Part shown: positions 13,581 to 26,238 of the stretch, piece after piece
Position numbering within the stretch: the first letter of the stretch is position 1
Layout: every line of letters begins with the position of its first letter
From: Octopus sinensis
Taxonomy: Eukaryota
Assembly (NCBI RefSeq): GCF_006345805.1
Contig: NC_043012.1
Coordinates: 2,604,001 to 2,668,000, forward strand
DNA length: 64,000 nucleotides
Reading direction: 5' to 3'
Made by a program: the position numbers and the translations under genes
The notes under the pieces: model-generated
Seen by the model: only the letters and a program-made list of their open reading frames with translations
What the model was told of the DNA's origin: nothing
The model's database searches: none

Positions 13581-14264
13581 AACGACTCTCTTCTTTCACC
13601 GAGTGTCATTTTAATACATGTTTGTTTGGTTTTTCTTTTTCTTTTTTTTTCTCTCTGTTTTTTGAATTGTCTATCATCATCGTCATCATCCGTTCTCCAT
13701 GCTAGCATGGGTTGGACGGTTTGACTGGGGATCTGGGAAGCCAGAAGGCTGCACCAGGCTCCTGTCTTATCTGGCAAAGTTTCTACAGCTGGATGCTCTT
13801 CCTAACGCCAACCACTCCGAGAGTGTAGTGGGTGCTTTTTACGTGCCACCTGCACTGGTGCCAGGCGAGGCTGGCATCGGCCACGGTTGGATTGGTGCAT
13901 TTTACGTGCCACCGGCACGGAAGCCAGTCGAGGCGGCACTGGCTTCGGCCACGATTCGGATGGTGCTTTTTACGTGCCACCAATCTCCAGTGTTGGCTGA
14001 ATTAAACATTACAGCTGACTTTTTTTTTTACTAAGCTTCTGATGACCATCCCAGAGGCATAAAGATCAAAGCCTGTCAAGGGACAGGCATGGCTGTATGG
14101 CTAAGAGGTTCTCTTTGTAACTATGTAGTTTGAGGTTTGATTCCACAGTGTAGAACATTGGGAAGGTGTTTTGAACTGTTGAGTTGGGTTGAAATATGCT
14201 TTCTGTGAGGAATTTGGTAGACAGAAACTGTGCATAACCAGTCCCAAATACCATCTTAGTAGAT

Positions 14265-14765
14265 TTTGTATTACCATCTCTGATACACCTCTTGAACAAG
14301 TGGAGCATTTTTCATATCTAGGCAGCCTATTATCAAGAAGTGCACCACAGAAAAGAATGTGGAACACAGAATTGGAGCTACACACAGGGCATTTGTAAAG
14401 CTGATCAAATGTATCTTCAACAACAAAAATTATGCTCTATAATGCTGTTGCCATTCAGCCTTGCTGTATGGCTGTGAAACCTGGACTCTGTAATGTCACA
14501 ACATCCTAAAATTAGTACACTTTCACCAGCAAAAGCTTCACTCAGTCCTGAGCATCAAATAGGAACACTATGTAACCAAACAACTAAGTCCTGGAAAGAG
14601 CCAACAGTCAAAGCATCGAATTACTGATCATGAAACACCATCTTTGATGGTCAGGACATGTAGCAAGAATGAAAAAGTCAAGGTTCTCACTACAAGCCTT
14701 ATTCAATGAACTCACTTCAGGGAAAAGACCATGAGGTTGCTCTCTTCAAAGATACAAGGACCATA
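14265..14765 (+). mobile_element. RTE-clade LINE fragment (RT C-terminal region, stops and frameshifts)
   Basis: LEQVEHFSYLGS, ALLYGCETWTL, WSGHVARM motifs. Confidence 0.85.
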
Positions 14766-15813
14766 AAATGTTTGTATGTAGGTGCAAGTGTGGCCGTGTG
14801 TTTAAGAAGCTTGCGTTGCAGCCACATGGCTTTTTGGTTCAGTCTCATTGCATAGCACCTTGGGCAAGTGTCTTCAACTATCGCTTTGGGCCAATTAATG
14901 TCTTGTGAGTAAATTTAGTAGATGATGGAAGCCTGTTGTGTGTGTGTTTGCTTGTTGAGAACTGGTATTGGTTTGTTCATGTCCTTATAACCTGTTGGTT
15001 AGCAAATAGTAGAAAAAGAATATGCACCAGATGTAAAAAATAAAGTTGTCTTAAAGTATTTGTTGATAGGTTTGATCAAAAGGGTTGTTGCTGCCTGAAG
15101 GTTGTGGGCTGGTCTGTTGTGGTGGTGACTGGCCGAGTTGATGAATGAAAATCTGTTTCTTAAGCTGCGTGTAGAAGTAACTGGACAACACATGTAAATG
15201 TTTAACAGAAGATTTTATTACCTCACATAATGACAAACTGAGTTGGCCATTTTTACAGATGACAACAACAATAATTACATAATGGGAGAGGTATACTGCT
15301 TGGAGTTTACTGCAAGCTGTTGATGTGGCAACCTGTGTCTTGTCAACATAACTGGAAACAATTTTGCTAAATTTGTGGTGATGGAGGTTCCTGTCATCTA
15401 TCTGTGCCATCTCTCTCGGTTGCCTCTCTGGGTCGTCTCGCTGGTAAAATTGCAAGCCAAATGGTTTTTATAGGGACCAGAAGTCAAGTTCTAGAATGTT
15501 CAACAAAACTTGTCCATGCCATTATTTCATGTTGGTTGATTGGTTAATAGACCAATCATGTGAAACTGGTGGCTTGCTTGTGATGTCTAACCCTGTATTC
15601 AAGGATTTGGTTTTAAATCCCCTGTCACAGGATTAAACAAATGAATGAAGATGGAAAGATTTTGGATGGATTAAAGGGATTCCTTTGGTTTCTTTATTTT
15701 TTTGTTTTTTTTTTACCTTATTAATCTTATTTTGTATTTATTGAGATTTACTTTGCTGCTGCTGTTGTTTTAGTGTTGTAATTGTTTCCATAAATATTCT
15801 AATTCTTCTTCAG

Positions 15814-15882
15814 CTCAGCCGAAGTCGAGAAGACGAGCATTTAACCTTTGGCAGTGCACATGCCACTGGCGAACTGAAAGAG
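15814..15882 (+). CDS. MICAL3: MICAL exon F (linker; 69 nt, symmetric)
   Basis: ctaattcttcttcag| ... gag|gtaaat; LSRSREDEHLTFGSAHATGELKE, open in phase 0-0. Confidence 0.75.
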
Positions 15883-16329
15883 GTAAATTGGCATTAGAAA
15901 ATTTATTTTTCAATATGAGTTCAAATCACGCTGCAGGCAACTTTAGCCTTTTATCTTCCCATGGTCCGTTAAATACCAGTCAAGTACTAGTATCAAGGTG
16001 ATGTAATTGACTAACCCCTAACCCTAAAATTTGCTGGCCTTGTACCAAACCTTAAAACAATTAAGGTGGTGAGTTTGCAGAATTGGTAGAGCATTGGTGA
16101 AAAATGCTTTGTGACATTTCTTCTGACTCATTACGTTCTGAGTTCAAATTCTGCCTGGGTCAGCTTTACCTTTCATTCTTTCATGGTTGATAAAATAAGT
16201 TCTAGTTGAGTGCTGAGGTTGATGTTATTGACTAACTCAATCCCTGCAAAATTGCTGGCATTATGCCAAAATTTGTAGACATTATTGTTGTTGTTGTTGT
16301 TGTTACTACTACTACTACTACTATTATCA

Positions 16330-16942
16330 TTGGCACCACACAGTGTACAATATTGTGAGGTTGCTGATTGAATATGTTGTGTCTACTGGGGGGGTCTGTA
16401 CTGTTTGTCAAGTCACAACGAAGATCTCAGACAGACAGTACTTTACGCAGTATGTGTGCAGTTCCAAGTAATGCTGACTTTTGCAATACACCTAGATTGT
16501 AGAGTATTTCTAAAGTTTCCGTGTGTTTCTTCAGGTTGGGTGGTATTAAACCCAATGCTCCAATGACTATAGGGATAACCTTTATGTTTGACTCTCGTAG
16601 CTGCCACTTCTTAGCGATCTCAATTCTCAGGTCTCCATATTTATCAACCTTTTCTCTTTCTTTTATGATGATATGTTGATCTCCTGGCACTGCCACGTCA
16701 ATTATTAGGCGCTCTTGTTTGTTCCTCCTAAAGGTTACTATATCCAGCCTTTGGTGCTCTAATAACTTGTCTGTCTGGAAATCAAAGTCCCAGGGGATTT
16801 TTGCCTTCCTCTTTTCATCCATTACTTTTTCCAGTGTATGTTTGTACCAAACACCCATAACTTCATATCAATACTTGCGGCATAATGGCCAGTGGAGGTT
16901 TTGGGCTACCTTGTTGTGTCTACACTTGTACTCTTTCTGCAT

Positions 16943-16943
<1 letters not shown>
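16330..16943 (-). mobile_element. 5-prime-truncated RLE-type non-LTR retrotransposon (R4/Dong-like)
   Basis: RHNKVA..LHW and WDFDFQTDKLLEHQRLDIV...IIDVAVP...EREKVDKY..L...IPIVIGALG...LQKSALLGTAHILRKVL* form a PD-(D/E)xK endonuclease; abuts an (ATT)n run at 16944-16980. Confidence 0.92.
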
Positions 16944-16980
<37 letters not shown>

Positions 16981-17249
16981 CCTGACTCAGGATTGGCTTT
17001 ATGCCTGGTAGCGTGTTACCTGTGGTGAGCTGGCAAAATTGTTAGCATGCCAGAAAAAATACTTACTTAGTGGCTTTTTGTCCTTTTTTACAAGGTTGAC
17101 TTTGCCTTTCATCCTTTTAGAGTTGATAAAATAGGCACCAGTTGAACACTAGGGTTGATATAATTGACTAGCCCCTTCCCTCCACCAAATTTCAGGTCTT
17201 GTACCTATAGTAAAAAAGATTATTATTATTATTTTTATTATCATTATTA

Positions 17250-17287
<38 letters not shown>

Positions 17288-17648
17288 CCCTCCTGCAAAA
17301 TTGCTGTCCTTGTGGCAAAATTTGAAACCATTATTATTATTGTTGTTGTTGTCGTCGTCGTTTTTGTTTGTTTGTTTAGGCAGCAATCTTGCAGAATCAT
17401 TAGCAAGCTGGGCAAAATGCTTAGTGGTATGTTGTTTGCCTTTATGTTTTGAGTTCAAATTACACTGAGGTCGACTATGCCTTTCATCCTTTTGAAGTCA
17501 ATAAATTAAGTACTAGTGAAACACTGCGGTCGATATAATTGGCTTATCCTCTCCACCAAAATTTCAGGCCTTGTGTCTATAGTAGAAAGGATTGTTGTTA
17601 TTGTTGTTGTTATTGTTGTTGTTATCATCCTCATTATTACTATTACAG

Positions 17649-17855
17649 AATCGGGCCCCTGTTGAGTTAAAAAGCTATTCAAAACTTCCTATTAATGAAA
17701 TAAGCAACCGATTAACATCAAATTGGAGATTTGAAGACATGAAAAAGGATAGGAGAGAAGTCCAGAGCAAAGTGAATGTTAGTGCCATGGCTGAGATTCT
17801 AGCTTCCAAGTTCAAAGCTGACTTACAACCACCCCCACCTGCAATAAAAAGAATT
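17649..17855 (+). CDS. MICAL3: MICAL exon G (pre-LIM linker)
   Basis: tattacag| ... |gtaagt; NRAPVELKSY...QSKVNVSAMAEILASKFKADLQPPPPAIKRI. The KV..MA..L..KF helix is typical of MICAL2/3 linkers. Phase 0-0. Confidence 0.88.
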
Positions 17856-18613
17856 GTAAGTTCATAATATCCAGCTTTTGTTTTTGTTCTTCATTGTTGT
17901 GTGTTTTTTGGGGGTTTTTTTTTCATTGAGTCGGAAACAATGGTGACAGGGTTCCTTCTCTTGTATTTTTAGATTGAATATTTTATGGTTAATTCACAGG
18001 ATTTAATTAAGCCTGATTTCTTATTGAAGGAAAATTATCATCATCATCATCATTATCTTCATTTTCATCATCATTGTCATCATCGTCATTATCATCATCA
18101 TGAACATTATCCTCGTTATCATTTTCCATCTTTGTCTTATCGTCTCCATTATTTTAAGCCATACCATCAGTTCCATTATCCTAATCATCATCGTCTTCAT
18201 CATCATCATTTCAGTTATTCTCTCTTTTTTTTTCTTACATGTTGTTATTATTGTCCATGCTCTGATTGGTTAGAGAGGCTGGAGATACAGCTGGTCACAT
18301 ATGTTGCCGTAGCAACGGTACAAAGGTTTTTTTTTTAAATATTTAGCAGACCATGAGCAATTGGAACAAAAGTTTTACAGTTCTATACATATCACTGCTA
18401 ATTTCAGCAACTGTGTATGTGTGTGTATAAATACATCTGTAAGTGTGTATCTGTATGTAGGTTTGTGTATATGTAGGTGCATGTGTGTATATATGTAGGT
18501 AGGTGTGTGCATATGTGTTTTGATATAGATGCACTTATAAATATACACACACACACACATATATATAAATACACACACACTGCCTTGCTTCTCACTCTTT
18601 TAAGACGCTAGAG

Positions 18614-19524
18614 CAAAGGTTCTCAAATGGGGTCCATATGGCCCCTGAAGATCCATATAAGATTTTTGTAGGGTTTACACTATAAAATAGTAAATGGGGA
18701 TCCACAATTGTATCTCAAGGGCTCCTGAAAAAATTTTGCTTTAGATGTATGTATTGGTATGTATTACAAGATACAGCTGGGTTTCTTTCTATAACAGTTT
18801 ACATAGTTCAACCTACACAAGGGAATGTGTGAAAAACAAAATAGGAATTTAGAAAGTAGTTTCTATAAAACTAGTTTTTAAACATCAAATGGCTATGGGA
18901 GGTTCAACAGAATAAAATAGTAACCAAAGGAGGTCCATGTGAGCAAAATAGTAAATTGGGGATCTCTGGTAGTTTTTTAAGGATCCTTGATAAAATTTCG
19001 CTTTAGAAGTATGTATTAGTATGTATTGCAAGAAACAGGTTTCTTTATCTAACATTTTACATAGGTGCAGGAGTGGCTGTGTGGTAAGTAGTTTGCTTAC
19101 CAACCACATGGTTCCGGGTTCAGTCCCACTGCATGGCTCCTTGGGCAAGTGTCTTCTACTATGGCCTCAGGCCGACCAAAGCCTTGTGAGTGGATTTGGT
19201 AGACGGGAACTGAAAGAAGCCCATTATGTATGTAAATCTGTGTCTGTGTTTGTCCCTCCACCATCGCTTGACAACCGATGCTGGTGTGTTTACATCCCCA
19301 TAACTTAGAATAAGTACTAGGCTTACAAAGAATAAGTACTAGGATCAATTTGTTTGACTAAAGGCGGTGCTCCAGCATGGCCGCAGTCAAATGACTGAAA
19401 ATAGGAATTTTAAAAGAAGTTTCTATAAAACTATTTTTTAAACATCAAATGGCTATTGGAGGTTCACCAGAATAAGATAGTAATCAAAGGGGTCCACAGA
19501 CAAAAAAATAGTTGGAAACCCCTG
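18614..19524. mobile_element. hAT (Charlie/MER5-like) MITE with internal duplication and nested SINE
   Basis: ends CAAAGGTTCTCAA / TTGGAAACCCCTG; degenerate 8-bp flanks cgctagag/gactaaag; internal unit of about 270 bp repeated; SINE at about 19062-19400. Confidence 0.7.
19062..19400 (+). mobile_element. SINE family A, near full length
   Basis: aggtgcaggagtggctgtgtggtaagtag...gtcaaatgactgaaa; Pol III A/B-box-like head. Confidence 0.9.
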
Positions 19525-19829
19525 GACTAAAGAATCAGTGGAAACCTGCAGTGTGAGATCCGGTTAGTTGTGCTGAGAGCATGATACCTCCTTTGTTTTC
19601 TTAGTGTCATGAAAAACACCCCAGTACACTCTGTAAAGTGGTTGGTGATAGGAAGGGAGTCCAGCTGTAGAAGCAAGCTAAGACAGAATGCAAGTGAGAT
19701 GAGTGCCCCCTAACCTATCTGTGATTTGTCCCTCATCGAAAATATTCTGGTTTTGACTGTGGCAACCCTCTCCTAAGAATACCACTGTGGAAACTAGATG
19801 TAAAATGATGATGATGATTGTGTGTGTGT

Positions 19830-19952
<123 letters not shown>

Positions 19953-20567
19953 TACACACACACACATATATACATATATATGCACGCATATCTATACAAA
20001 TACTTGCCAGTACCTCAAGTCGGCCACATTCAAGTGAAAATGTTGTGTGTGTTTGTTTATAGAAATATTTATTGTTTTTATTAACTTCAAACATATACAC
20101 ACACACACACAGGGCACCGTAACGCGTAATCACGGAGTAGTTCGAGTCTCATAGCCGGTCGCCACCACTTCTTCCTGCAATATAGGGGTAGCGTATCCCG
20201 TTTGCGCTATATTATTAGCATCATCTTGCGTTTGAGAATTTAAAATCACTTCTTTAACTTTCTAAGACATCTCAACGTTTCTAAAGCAAACTTCGTTTGT
20301 TTGTTTACGTCCACACACACACACACACACACAATTGAGAGTATGAGAGAGCATTGTTCAGTTATTAACTTGGTTTGTGTATTTCATAAAAATATATACC
20401 TGCCAGATTTTAAGAACAGCTTTTGTTTTGCTTTCATTTGTACTCAATGAAATCTTGATAGATTTTCATTAATGCTTTGTCAATATTGTATTTTAGATTG
20501 TATATTCTACATAACTGTATCATACTATCTATATATGTACAAACATTTCTTTTTTTTCTCACATTAG

Positions 20568-20760
20568 ACATCCAATCCCACACTTCTAGCTGCTCAACCT
20601 GCAAGTGAATATTGCTATTTTTGTAAAAGAAGAGTGTATATAATGGAGCGAATGAGTGCTGAAGGTCTATTTTTCCACCGTGGCTGTTTACGTTGTGAAC
20701 ATTGCAAGACCAACTTACGACTAAGCAATTACTCATGTGATAGAACCATCACAGGAGAAG
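20568..20760 (+). CDS. MICAL3: MICAL exon H (LIM domain, first part)
   Basis: ttctcacattag| ... |gtattc; [46 protein letters not shown] is a MICAL-type LIM domain; phase 0 to 1. Confidence 0.96.
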
Positions 20761-21534
20761 GTATTCACCATTTTTTGTTGTTGTTCTGTTTTTTGACTAC
20801 ATCATTGATTGATAACAGGTTCATTTAAACACCAACCTGCCTGAAACTGCTACTGTCAACCCTTTAACTGCGAAATTAAATTCCATGGTTATTCCAGAAA
20901 TATTATTAAATATCTAATAAAAATATAGAATCGAAATTTTCTGCAAGTTCCATTGCCTCAATAAACTTGAGATATTCCTCAACAGAAGATAAATTGGGTA
21001 TACAAAACTGCTTTCTGCAGTAAGCATAAATAAGTTTTGATGGCTATATTTGATTTCAGCTGGCACTCTGCTGGTTACAAAAACAAGGGTTCCAGCTCAT
21101 CTGATCAGTGGAACAGCTTGATTGTGAAGTTAGCACGTAAATGGCTGCGCTCTCCACAGACACATCATCATCATCATCATCATCATTGTTTAATGTCCGC
21201 TTTCCATGCTAGCATGGGTTGGACAATTTGACTGAGGTCTGGCGAACCAGATGGCTGCACCAGACTCCAGTCTGATCTGGCAGAGTTTCTACAGCTGGAT
21301 GCCCTTCCTAATGCCAACCACTCTGAGAGTGTAGTGGGTGCTTTTATGTGCCATTGGCACGAGGGCCAGTCACTTGGTACTGGCAATGGCCACGCTCAGA
21401 TGGTGCTTTTTATGTGCCACCTGCACTGTGGCCAGTCCAGCGGCACTGGCAACGACCTTGCTCGAATGTTTTTTCACATGCCACCAGCACACGTGCCAGT
21501 AAGGTGATGCAGGTAACAACACGTGTACCCTTAA

Positions 21535-21754
21535 CCCTTTTGTCACTTTTATTTTGAGATGCTCTGTGTTTCTTTCAATTAATTTTAAATATAACAAAGA
21601 ATTTAGTAAAATAACTTAGTTATCATTAAGCTAGTGTTAGGAACAATAATTGTGACTAAGGTTTGGTGGAAGATTTTTAATTCAGAACTTATGAAAACCA
21701 GACATTTGTACTAAAGAGCCAGAGGCGGTTTCAATTGGGTTGGTGTCAAAAGGG
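21535..21754. mobile_element. piggyBac-type MITE, family 1 (inverted copy, nested in a SINE)
   Basis: TTAA|CCCTTTTGTCAC ... GTGTCAAAAGGG|TTAA; body is the reverse complement of 5281-5501. Confidence 0.9.
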
Positions 21755-22459
21755 TTAACATAGTTCTCAGAGAGATTCAGTGTGACACAGGGTGATATCG
21801 CTGGCCTTTTGAAATACAGGTACTACTCATTTTTACCAGCTGAGTGGACAGGAGCAACGTGAAATGAAATGTCTTGCTCAAGGACAGTATGCTGCCAGGT
21901 ATTGAATTCATGACCTTGCAATTGTGAACTGAATGCTCTAACCACTCAGCCATGCACCTTCAGATCTTAACAGTAAAAGGCTTAAAAGGTTCAAACTTTA
22001 AATTCAAATTTCTGATTGAACTCTCATTATTTGCATCAATGACAATATCTAGTTTCAAGATTTGATATCTGGTTTCAAGATTAAGCTGATATTTCATTAA
22101 ACCTTTCCCAATTCTTGATTTGTTTCAAAATCAAAACACTGAGCTAGAATTTGTTCTTGTTAATAAAGGGTTAATAACATTGTCTTATACATGGTCTGAA
22201 ACACAACACAACCTAAGTGTGTGTATATATATATATCATCATCATCATCATCATCATTTAGCGTCCGCTTTCCATGCTAGCATGGGTTGGACGGTTCAAC
22301 TGGGGTCTGTGAAGCCAGAAGGCTGCATCAGGCCCAGTCTGATCTGGCAGTGTTTCTACGGCTGGATGCCCTTCCTAACGCCAACCACTCCGTGAGTGTA
22401 GCGGGTGCTTTTTACGTGCCACCTGCACAGGTGCCAGACGGAGCTGGCAAACAGCCACG

Positions 22460-22514
<55 letters not shown>

Positions 22515-23606
22515 CACCGTGACCGACCCGGCTATCAGATGTTCCTACACATCGCTGGTCACAGTGCACTTCGCATTGTTTTAGCCGTCAAATGATGCCA
22601 CCCTGCTGGCTAAGCGAGCGGGCGAAAAGAAAAAAGAGTGAGAGAAAGTTGTGGTGAAAGAGTACAGCAGGGATCGCCATCACCCCCTGCTGGAGCCTCA
22701 TGGAGCTTTAGGTATTTTCGCTCGATAAACACTCACAACGCCTGGTCTGGGAATCAAAACCACAATCCTACAACCGCGAGTCCACTGGGCCATTGCGCCT
22801 CTACATATATATAATATATATATGTGTGTGTGTGTGTGTGTGTATGATGATACACAGAGGTAGCATGTATATGTTTGTGTATATTGTGTTGATGAAGAAA
22901 ATCCTTATTATTACAGTGAGTAGGGGAGTAGCATGATGGAATTGGCTGAGCATTGAACAAAATGTATTGCAGTAGTTGTTAACCCCAGGCAAACAAACCC
23001 TGCTCAAACAGACTTCTGGCCGAAAGCGCTCCAGCGGTGACCATCTAGTCATATCATATATTATGGATTACATTGTCCAATGAATCGTCTTTTTTAAAAA
23101 TGTTAGGGAGATTTCACTGATATTTCTAGCAGATCAAGCAACCATGTAAAGGATCATGTGTTTAGTTTTTGTTCTTGTTCCATATTTAGGGATCAAATCT
23201 TGTACTTATTGTACCTGTTGCCTTTCATCTCTTCAAAGTCAATAATTAACTAATCAGATGTCAGCTGTCAATCAAAGACCACTCCTACATTTCATATAAA
23301 AGATGACCTTACAGCTAATTAAATTCTTCTTCTTCTTCTTCTTCTTCTTCTCCTTCTTCCTTTCCTCCTCCTCCTCCTCCTCCCTGTAACTTTTTCACTT
23401 CACCCCTTCGCCTTCTCTCTCTTTTCCTTCAGTTCTCTAACTCTGACCCTCTTTCTCTCTAGTTCTCTTTAACTGCCTCTTCTTCTTTGACTTTCTCACT
23501 CACTCATTCTACTTTGTCAACTCTCTCTTTACCTCTCCCCTATTCCCATCTCTCTTTCTCTCTCTCTCTCTCTCATACATGTATATCTTCTCCCCTTTGC
23601 TTTTAG

Positions 23607-23683
23607 TGAGGTTTTACTGCTTCCGTCATGTTGGAATGATGAGACAGAGAAGAAAGCGCAGTTTAACGGAAGAACCCACAAAG
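23607..23683 (+). CDS. MICAL3: MICAL exon I (LIM end plus basic motif)
   Basis: ttgcttttag| ... aag|gtcagt; (V)RFYCFRHVGMMRQRRKRSLTEEPTK supplies the last CxxH ligands; phase 1 to 0. Confidence 0.93.
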
Positions 23684-24314
23684 GTCAGTGTTTGTGTTTC
23701 TATCTTCTGTATTACAGTATGGACTACAGTTGTTCTGTGGTTGCTGTTATCGTTGTCAATTATCTTGAAGTAAAGAGTTAATTACATACTTGATATGGTG
23801 ATCATCACATGACTGAGCAGAGCTATGATCAAGTCAGTCTAACAGTGATCTTTCCCCCGGGAGGTGGGGAAAATCAAGTGTCTAATACTACATCATAAAT
23901 TGTAGTGTAAATATCTACTTTAAGACATCAGGTATGGTTTAAGGGAAATTTGGTTACTGTTTCTAGCAGATCCTGCAACCATATAGAGGCCCACTCACAG
24001 GAATGAGGAATGTGGTTCTCATAGTATTTCTAATGTTGTGTGATGTCACTGAGTGCTTGATGGGTATTAAAATTGTCTAGCCCTAGGTCAATTCCGCATC
24101 TCTTTGATCAAAGAAATCAACTAAAACTATGATCAAACTATGACTGAAACTATGATCAAAGACATTACAACTAGGACCATCCAGTTCTCTTCACCCTCAT
24201 CCAAATATAACGTATCTCAGACTGCATTATTCAGTTTGCCTTTCTTTTTCGAAGATGGCAATATGTGATTGGACTTCTCTGTTGGAGACTGATATCTGGT
24301 TGGTTTTTTGTTGT

Positions 24315-24900
24315 TGGTAGAATCATTAGCACACTGGGCGAAATGCTTAGCAGCATTTCATTCACCTTGACGTTCTGAGTTCAAATGCCACCAAGGTCAA
24401 CTTTGCCTTTCATCCTTTTGGGGTCAATGAATTAAGTATCAGTGAAATACTGGGAGAGGGCAATGTAATCGATTTGTCGTCTCCCCCAAAATTCCAGACC
24501 TTGTGCCTATAGTAGTAAGGATTATTATTATTATTATTCCACCGAGAAGACTTTGCTTTTCATCCTTCCAGGGTCGATAAGTACCAGTTGAACATGTGGC
24601 TCGATGAAATCACCCAGTCCCCCCCCCCCAAGTTTCAGGCCTTGTGCCTATAGTAAAAAGGATTATTATTATTACTATAAGACAGTAAGCTGGCAGAATC
24701 ATTAGTGTGCTGGACAAGATGCTTCACAGCATTTCCTCCGGCTTTACATTCTGAGTTCAAATGTTGCTGAGGTTGACTTTGCCTCTCATGTTTTCAGGGT
24801 TGATGACTAAGTTACCAGTCAAGTACTGGAGTTGATGTAATTGACTAACCTTCCCCACCAAAATTCCAGGCCTTGTGCCTATTGTAGAAAGAATTATTAA
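24315..24900 (+). mobile_element. head-to-tail cluster of SINE family B
   Basis: three copies of ...tttgc(c)tttcatcctt...gtaccagt...ccttgtgcctatagtag with (ATT)n tails; similar clusters at about 15900-16280, 17020-17590, 31950-32560, 37780-38490 and 47400-47835; single copies at 27495-27690 and 53240-53445. Confidence 0.85.
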
Positions 24901-25115
24901 TTATATTGTTATTTATTCCCATGTAAAATAGCGATATAGCAATAAAAGTTTCTGATTTTTTTACTTTATTTTCTGATCAGAATTTGTTAGTTTCTGATAG
25001 ACAAGAAAAGTAACATTATATTTGAAACGTAATTATAACTTGGTTTGTCAGTTATGTGTTTACTATTTATAATATTGATAATATTAATGGTAAATAAATT
25101 TGAAAATGGTTACAG

Positions 25116-25221
25116 GATGAACAAGATCTGACACCAGGCACATCACCACCTCGTATACCACCTTTGGCAGAAACTTACAAGAACACACCAAGCACGTCAC
25201 CATCAATTAAAAAGAAAGGTG
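25116..25221 (+). CDS. MICAL3: MICAL exon J (Pro/Ser/Thr-rich linker)
   Basis: ttacag| ... |gtaagt; DEQDLTPGTSPPRIPPLAETYKNTPSTSPSIKKKG. Phase 0 to 1 bridges exons I and K. Confidence 0.85.
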
Positions 25222-25873
25222 GTAAGTATTTTCTTTAGATTTCATTTCTGTTGCTTTTGTATTCTCTGACACCCATCCTTATATACAGCTTATTTACTAC
25301 ATCACCTTAATAACAGCAGTGACTTCACCATCACCGAAATTAAGTATTGTTGAGCCTGGTTTTACCAGCACTTGTGCTGGTGGCATGTGAAATATTCAAG
25401 CGAGGTCGTCGCCAGTGCTGCTGGACTGGCTCCTGTGCAGGTGACACATAAAAAGCACCATTTGGGTGTGGCCATTGCCAGTACCTCCAAACTGGCCCTC
25501 ATGCCAGTGGCACGTAAAAAGCACCATTTGGGTGTGGCCATTGCCAGTACCACCAAACTGGCCCTCGTGCCATTGGCACGTAAAAGCACCCACTACACTC
25601 TCAGAGTGGTTGGCGTTAGGAAGGGCATCCAGCTGTAGAAACTCTGCCAGATCAGATTGGAGTCTGGTTTGCTAGACCTCAGTCAAATCGTCCAACCCAT
25701 GCTAGCATAGAAAGTGGATGTTAAATGATGATGATGATGATGATGACTGCTTGAAAAACTTAGGCATTGTAAATGTCTTTACTTTGCTCCCTCACTTACA
25801 AGGAAAGAAAGATCAATGCCCATGGCATTAGCAGAAATCACAGGATTGGCAAAAGATACAACTACTAACATAT

Positions 25874-26238
25874 ACTCTTTTACTTGTTTCAGTCATTTGA
25901 CTGCGGCCATGCTGGAGCACCGCCTTTAGTCAAGCAAATTGATCCCAGTACTTATTCTTTGTAAGCCTAGTACTTATTCTATCGGTCTCTTTTGCTGAAC
26001 CGCTAAGTTACGGGGATGTAAACACATCGGTTGTCAAGCGATGTTGGGGGGGACAAACATATATTCACACATACACATATATATATATATACATATATAC
26101 GATGGGCTTCTTTCAGTTTCCATCTACCAAATCCACTCACAAGGCTTTGGTCAGCCCAAGGTGCCACACAGTCGGACTGAACCCGGAACCATGTGGTTGG
26201 TAAGCAAGCTACTTACCACACAGCCACTCCCGCACCTA
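25874..26238 (-). mobile_element. SINE family A
   Basis: reverse complement of the 19062-19400 family. Confidence 0.9.

Noticed and set aside
14039-14075. Other CTGATGA matches (also near 55412, 56218, 58387 and 62392) as hammerheads
   Set aside because: No downstream stem II-GAAA-stem III arrangement or closing stem I.
15051-15455. 134-aa minus-strand ORF in non-microsatellite DNA
   Set aside because: No recognisable domain or splice structure; possibly a decayed retroelement fragment but cannot be supported.
17985-18338. His-rich 117-aa ORF
   Set aside because: Degenerate (CAT)n microsatellite.
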